From NCBI RefSeq assembly GCF_001949145.1, contig NW_019091360.1, positions 273,357 through 314,726 on the forward strand: a stretch of DNA of 41,370 nt. The letters are read 5' to 3'. Below, piece by piece: positions 34,145 through 41,370 of the stretch. The position numbers and the translations under genes are program-made. Under the pieces are notes generated by a model. It was not told the origin of the DNA. It was given only the letters and a program-made list of their open reading frames with translations, and searched no databases. The stretch is from Acanthaster planci (taxonomy: Eukaryota). Every line of letters starts with the position of its first letter. Position 1 is the first letter of the stretch.

Positions 34145-37100
34145 AGTTGATGACTTCATCATGAGGTCATAAATTAAGCCAACAATTTTTATCAAGGTCT
34201 TGGTTGGCTGTAACTTTGATGATGATCAAACATCTCAAAGTTACCCAAATTGTGGCTTGAAAACGTGTACAAAGTCAATGGGCATCAATATTGAAAGGGG
34301 TGATTCCTGTTTTCAGGGGTCCAACAGGGTTTATCACTGCTGACCATGTTCAAAGTCCTCTTTTTATTACATGCTGTTGATTTTGCCTCTGTTTCTGGTC
34401 AAATCACCCTGAAATAAATCTTTTGTATGAGGAAATGAATGTGGGGTGGAAATATTTCATTTCCGAGTTACATTATATTTGACACTTGGATCAAGATTTT
34501 CATTTATCATAATGAGGAAACACTTGTTTGGATTTATCTACAAATTGAAAATGATACCTGCCTCTTGGAAAATTTATACAGTCTCCTTGAAATCTGAGAT
34601 ATTTGTTTTCATTTTAAGCATTTTTCTGATTAACTTTGCAATCATCATGCCCATTATGTTACACAATGGTGATGTCGACATTAAAGCCTTGTTAATAACT
34701 AACTCCTTCACAATCTCAGAAACTTTCAATGAGTGTTTCCTCTTCTTTTAAGTTACGTGTACATGATGTGGATTTAAATTAGATGTGTCCTGCACAGCAT
34801 CATGGTATTTCCTTGTAAATTTCACATACATGTACTGTCAAGGCTACTTACTGTCAAGGCTACTTACTGTCAAAACAAAAACATTAAACTGCAAAGTACT
34901 CTAATTCTTAAGAACGTCAGTCAATCTGACATTTGTTTGCTGCAACAGTTAAAGCCCCATCTGTAAAACATACCTAGTGTGACTAAAAGTAGAAGAGCAG
35001 GTCAAATTTTGAAGTTCCAGGGAGTACATTTAACCTTAATTTGTTCATAGACCATTCAGAAAGGAGCCACCTATCAAGTACGTACACCTGTAGGATGGGA
35101 CGTGTACAGTATCTCTGACACCCCTGTTCCTTTGTGCATATGAACTTTGATAATGACCCCAAACAGCATGAAATATTTTGATCTTGTTTTCATGAAATGA
35201 CATGTATTGGTTTTGAGTGTGTGTTTATAAGAATGGCTTCTGGAAATGTGTTTTCAGTCAGATTCTGATTTCTTTCATGCGTAACACAGTAGTGTTGTAC
35301 ATGTATTCAAGTCCTTTTCCGAGTCACACAAAAGTGGTAAAATACAAAGTGGTACAGTTAAATCAAATCTAAGTAACAAGACAGTGAAATTTGAGCACAT
35401 TGATTTTTAAGAAGGAATAGCGGTGAGAATGTTTGGAAAGACATTTACCTGAAATTTAGAAATTAAGCAAAAGGACTTGGACCCAAGTCATTTTTCCTAA
35501 TCTTGTCCATTTTTAGTACACTCAAAGTTCCAAACACTCACACTACTGTTTTCCTTAATAGATAATGTACTTTGACTTCACTGTCTTGTTACTTGGACTT
35601 GATTTTAACTGTACCACTTTGCATGTCACCATTTTTGTGTTACCATGTCACCATTTTTTCATTTGACTCAGAAAAGGACTCGAATACAACACTGTAACGT
35701 GGACACCAACATATTTGGTGTCCCAGTTATGCGCGACAGGCTACAAAAATGCACAGATATAATTAAAACTAGGTCAGATGACCACTCTTGTGCCTTACAT
35801 ATTGACATGACACAACAAGTGAAGTATTAAAGCTAAAGAATTACTGGCTTAAATGAGTTGTGCTTTATTATAATAAAACAAGTTACTTCTTATGTGAATT
35901 TTACCCGTTTTGTGTGCAGGTGCATTTTTTTCTGTAGCGTATTTGTCAAACTTAGGAAGACTGAGTGTTTCTGGGGTTTTAAGTATTTAAAGGTATCTGG
36001 GAGTGGATTTGAAAATGATAACAAGAATATAAAATCATCCAAGAAATGCATTATGGCAGTGTACATGTAGCTTGATGTGGTTTTAGTGTCCCAGTTATGC
36101 ACGACAACTTGCATGATGGCTTTGTGTTTAAGATGTGATATTTAGAAATTGATGCACTGTTTCCCAAATCCAGTTGCAGAATAATGATATATGAAGTTTG
36201 TCATATCCAATGATACACAAACAACAAATAGAATGTAACTTTGAAATTTTTGCTCATGTGTCACACTTTTGGACCCCTAATTTCTGGAATTACCCAAAAA
36301 TCAATAATAAATAATTTCATGACATCATCACGACATCATTTATTTACAATAATTCTTGTATTAGGGTCTCTGTTGTTAATTAATAACAATCAAATATCGC
36401 GAAGGATTCAAAGTGGTGGCTTGAAAACGTGTACAAAGTCAATGGGCTTAAAGAAATATTAAAAAATCAATAATATATCAGATGATAACGTCATCATGAT
36501 GTCATCCAATTACAATAATTTTTGTATCAGGGTCTTTGTTGGCTATCACTCTGATAACGATCAAACATCGCATAATTACCAAAATGGTGGTTTGAAAATG
36601 TGTACAAAGTCAATGGACTAAGAATACCTATGGAAGGCTCCTTTAAGATGATGTCACGTGATTTGCGTTTAAACTGAAAGCATTTTATGAAATATTACTT
36701 GATATTTAAATCTTGGGTATATTTGAAATCAAATAACACAGCGTAAAATATATGATTTCTCTTTTGTCCTCAGTAATCTTCAGCCAAAAAAACGTGCACA
36801 AAACCTACGAAAAAAAAATGCAGCTTTAATCTCATGTCACTTGACTCCTGATGATGTGATTCTGATGATTTTTCCCCAGGAGCCTCACTTCATGAGGGAC
36901 TTCAAGTGTACATTGAAGGAAATAAGTCACATTGACCAGAGTGCTGAGGACAGGCTATTGAAAAATGAGTACAAAACCTATGGGTTAGATGAAATATCCA
37001 AAAATCTATTTAAAAATAGGTGATGACATCATCATCACATCATAAATTTAGCAAAACTCTTTCATCAGGGTCTTTGTTGTCTGTAACTTTGATGATGATC

Positions 37101-37156
37101 AAACATCTGAAAATTACCCAAATGGTGGCTTGAAAAGGTGTAGAAAGTCAATGGGT
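34145..37156 (+). repeat. Four dispersed ~130-bp direct repeats (~34149-34283, ~36320-36447, ~36481-36616, ~37021-37156)
   Basis: Each copy runs from GATGAC(G/A/T)TCATCA through A(G/A)GGTCT and ATCAAA(C/T)ATC to GTGG(C/T)TTGAAAA.GTGTA.AAAGTCAATGG. They look like the subterminal array of a non-autonomous DNA element. Confidence 0.85.
35290..35694. mobile_element. hAT-like foldback MITE with ~110-bp inverted arms
   Basis: (T/C)AGTGTTGTA…TTC(A/G)AGTCCTTTTC(C/T)GAGTCA…CAAAGTGGTACAGTTAAA…AAGTAACAAGACAGTGAA is mirrored at both ends. Degenerate 8-bp flanks TAACACAG / TAACGTGG. Confidence 0.7.
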
Positions 37157-39520
37157 AAAAACACTTACGCAGAGAAATTGCTCCTTTCAGTTCTTCCGTG
37201 TAACGTCCGTTTTTTTCACGGCAAGTCTACCGTTGCTAAGGGCCGAAAAGTTTGCGAACTGCACGCCCGTGTGCACTCGAGCACGCGACGAGTTAATGAG
37301 CTGGCCTGGCCGGGCGCTACTGTTGCAGAGAAACTACGTCACGTGACATTTACATACTGCTAGGATTTCAATAGGTTGTTCATGTCCATCAAAAATGTTA
37401 GAATTCGGGAATTAATTTCGATTATTAAGTTGAGAGATGGGCACGGTCATCATTGTTCCAGATACCAACCATGACTTCCCTCATTTCTTCAGATATCGGG
37501 AATTAATTCACTGCTGTTCACTTCAGGATAAATGAACTCCCAAAGCTGAACATTATTTAATCGTCCATATTTTGAGGAACCTGCCATTATGTTTTCCCTT
37601 TGCTTGTGGGTTATCTATTTGATATACACTATAATACAGAATTGCATGCAATTTCAAATATAGAACATTTGAAAAAAGGTAGAGAGGAAGCTAAAGAAAA
37701 TGATCTTACAGTTGTCTGGAATTCAATCTTGTCCAAATACACATTTTTTTCAAGTGGTCGGAAGGTGATGGGTAGGCTGAAGCTTGTACCAGTACTCAGA
37801 ATTATTGGCTCTGGATAAAGTGTAGAAAAGAACCGACTGCTTGGGGAGCTGTAAAATCAAAAACAAATAATCAATATTAAACACATCGGCCACAGATAAA
37901 TACAGTATTAAACTGTACTGTGATTACAAGGTACTATGATTTATTTCACCAGAAAATCGTATGTACATGTAACCTGCACTGGGAAATAAAGTCCTGTGTG
38001 GACACCACCCTCCATATTCTTACACCACAAATTTGGCACTATCCGTACATGAGGATGAGGTTAGAAAAAATCTATAACACTGGCAAGGAAAGATTACTTG
38101 CTGATGGATTATTCTATATCCCACTTGTCCATGGTGTGGTTTTACTTTCAACTGAAAAAAAAGACACCACAACCAACAGTTATTTACTTAGTTGGTTTGT
38201 ACAAATGCTTAATCCTGGTGGTGATGAAAGATTTAGCCCACATGTACAGTATATTACCACATCATTGACTCTTTGAAACTCCATGACAATGTCATGGAGA
38301 GATATGGCTGCTTGATGGCTCCACAGACATGTACACTTAAAGGGAGGTTATTCCAGGCTCAAAATTGCTACTGAAAAGCTTGCACAATGCCAGTTAAGTC
38401 CAACCAAATGCAAGTTACTGGTTACCGGTATCGTCAACTCAAGCTTACGTTGTAAGTACAAGTTGAAAAAGTACCAAAATTGTTGACTACTATTAAATAT
38501 TTCATGACAACCAGTATAATTAAAAAAAATAAGTTTAACAAAAAGGTTTTACTGCAGCTTACAGGAATAGAAAACATTTAGTTTACATACAGTAGGACTG
38601 ACTGTGTCTTTAATTTTCTACCTTGAACTGCGACAGTGTTTGCCTGTGGGCCGAGCTATATCAAACACAACAGGGTCTATTGCAAGCGTGCGATACTGCA
38701 TGTACTGTGTGCTATGTACATGTACATACACACTATACATGCATCATTCTGGGGATGACATCATCCAATCAGCCTGGGAGTGCAAACGGCCAAAAGGGGA
38801 TTTTTTTGTGGGTGGGGAAATGCAGGGACTTTTTATTCATTTGGGGGAAAAAAATTAATGGGGTAAACATTAAATTTATGATGTTTTAGAAATGGTTACG
38901 AATTTATTGTTATTTTGAAATACTTCACATGAACCTAGTGTTTTCTATTTCTGTTACCCTTCAATGTAAAAGTACATAGTACGGTGCAGATAGCTATGGA
39001 CATCATTGCTGTAGGGGGATATACAGTACATGTATAACCTCTTTCCTTCTACCCTGATGTACAAGTCACTTATTTTCAATTGTGTCAATCATCCATTTAT
39101 AATGACTCCTCCGACATCGGTACACACACCACACAAAAAAATCAGCACATATCAATGGATATGGTATTTAAAATGAAAAACAAATTCTCAAATGATGGCT
39201 GTTAAAACAGAGAACAAATTTCTGTTTTCTCAAAACTACAGCATTCTGGGCAGAAATATTTTACAGATTGACTAAGGCTGTCAAGTACTTTCTTTCAAGT
39301 AAGATATTAAAGCATTATTCAGCAGTCCCAATTTTGTACCTTTAACTTCCATGGATTACATACACTGCAATTTAATCCCCTGCATGTATAGAAAACTCAG
39401 TAAGAATCCCTTAAGCATGGGGATAATTTTTAAAGCGAATGTTTATTGGTCCTGAAATGATCTTGTGATACACACATGCATTATTTATGATCAACATGAC
39501 AAGTGCATCCTGACCCTTAA

Positions 39521-40171
39521 CCACTTGATGCCAGATGATGTGCAAACACACACAAGTTTCCTTATTTGTGTCACAGAGGACGTGTACCCTTGTTTAAGAA
39601 TTCTTTTTTCATTTCTGTAGATGACGTATTAATGTGTCGTGCTTGGTTGGGTCAAGCACCGAAGATAATCCAGACACTGCTACCAAGTGGACAAACCCCA
39701 ACCAACAATAAGAAGGAAATACATGTACCTTTCTTGAGTAATTACATGTAGCATTGGGAGCCCACACCATACACAAAAGAGCTAAGGGGGGTTAAAGGCC
39801 TCCTTTGTTTGGATAAGGCTATTTGCTAGGGAGGGAAACCACATTTACAAAAGAGATAAGGTTACAAAATCCCAACTAACTAGCAAATTCTATGTATCAA
39901 AACAATTGGCCAAAAAAAACCACACATGGCCATGAGTGAGGGCTGTATTATGCGAACCAGTTGATGTGTGGACACACGCCACAATATTTACATGGGTGGT
40001 TAAACAAACGGAAAAGAATAAAAATACTGATACCTGAACCTATGGGCTGTGCCTCCCTACATACATGTATTCTATGGGCATTATAAATAAATTGCAAGAT
40101 TAAAGATTTGCTGGCCCAAAAAAAAACACTCCCAGAAGCTATTTCAGGTTAGAAAATCTGACATTAACTGG
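39521..40171. mobile_element. piggyBac-like non-autonomous element (651 bp)
   Basis: TTAA TSDs at 39517-39520 and 40172-40175. TIR CCACTTGATGCCAGAT vs CCAGTTAATGTCAGAT (13/16 identical). Confidence 0.7.
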
Positions 40172-41370
40172 TTAATCCCCTGTTCATTTATTTATAAATT
40201 TAATCAGGAAGGCACACATTCACATCGTAAATTCACAATGTTAATAATCAGTGGGACATGATTTGGTGACTTCATTTTATGTTAAACTTAATTTTTCTAA
40301 AGATTTAATGCATGTCTGGTGACATATTTTGTGGTTTTAATTGCTTAAGGCATCTAATCAAATCGTGCTTTTAATGACTATCATGTTAAGCTTCACACTA
40401 CATTTTAATGCTTAACAAAATGCAGTTTCATACATAAAAATGGGGCATGAAAAATTTACATTGAAATTATGATCTTGGATCACTTAAATACATTTGTGGC
40501 AGTACCATCAGGTGACGAAAGTGTATTTTACATGTACAATTTAAAGTTTTGATGTTTTATCATCATGTATGAGTAAGCATCATACTTGAATGGTTATTTC
40601 ATCCTTTAAACCTTTTACATTGAGTACCCAGGTATTTTCATGTCACAAAAATTTTACAATTTTGTAAGTGTACATGTATATTACACTGCCCTGCACTGAA
40701 TGACACTACATGTATTTGTACAGATAATGGTCGCCATGTGTCTATTAAGCTCCTGACAAATTTTACAATGTTAGAATGAAGTTGAGCAAAAAAACATACT
40801 CTATGGAATGCTAAGCTCCTGCCCTGAAATCTCCCTCCACAGGCCGAGTGCAGGAGGACTCCCCGAAGTCATACTTACCAGACAGTTACTACATATGCAT
40901 ATTTCCCTAGTACTCTATTAAATAATACTCTACTAAATAATTTATCAACCATAGTGCGCCCCCTATCAGTCCATCCCAGGCGTAGGTGTAGACACTGCCA
41001 CGCTTGTCCTTTTTCTGAGATGCAAGGGCGCCAAGCTGAAGGTGGGGACGACGGGAGTATGACCTCGAGGACTGATCCCACACTTGGCCTGTGGGGGGAG
41101 AGCCCATTGCAGTCAATTTACATAGTCACTACATATGCAGATTAGCACAGGATCTCGGCTTCCAGCGGATATGTGTGTAAGGTCACAATACTGGCCAACT
41201 TTCATGATGCAAAAAATGAACTTCAATTTATCAGATGATGTAACCATTTTCAAGCTATGTTTGCTTGAGATTATAGTTGTACATGTATTTGAGAGATAAA
41301 TAAAGATAAATAATTCAGTGTAAATGCGAGTCTATAATTTTTATTCACGTTGAGGAGCAAATTTTAGTTC

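Noticed and set aside
34145..37156. CRISPR-like interpretation of the repeated units
   Set aside because: The units are ~130 bp, diverged and irregularly spaced; the context is eukaryotic and there are no cas genes.
40861..41140. ATACTTACC (U1 snRNA-like 5' end) at 40871, with a 15-bp imperfect inverted repeat (40861/41056) and a short direct repeat (~40883/~41124)
   Set aside because: The sequence after ATACTTACC does not follow U1. It may be a TE remnant, but no family or TSD could be supported.

Overview
AT-rich eukaryotic DNA with GT-AG introns and five N gaps. It resembles a marine invertebrate genome, but that is only an inference. No ordinary host gene is recognisable: the window is a stack of nested transposable elements. 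The main structure is an ~11.2-kb DNA transposon at 4805-16048, with GG-starting TIRs and a perfect TTA target-site duplication. It encodes a spliced, decayed Zator-type DDE transposase (+) and a convergent, apparently intact two-exon BEN-domain gene (-). It sits inside the long ORF of an Academ(X)-like transposon, and removing it restores that ORF's reading frame exactly (…SLLSL|QDMKLSF…). The Academ-like polyprotein pseudogene (~2760-4804 plus 16052-19537) has zinc fingers, the start of the DDE core, an XPG/PIN nuclease and a Cys8 finger. Unusually, it also has an upstream SGNH-hydrolase domain and an OTU-protease domain placed just after the first DDE motif. Other elements: an internally deleted Kolobok, several TTAA-flanked piggyBac-like ends and MITEs, a 5'-truncated CR1/L2-group LINE, a Gypsy gag remnant abutting an LTR, and several foldback MITEs. 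TACATGTA 6-bp insertions resembling Tc1/mariner excision footprints occur throughout. All family assignments come from motif recognition by eye; no database search was run.
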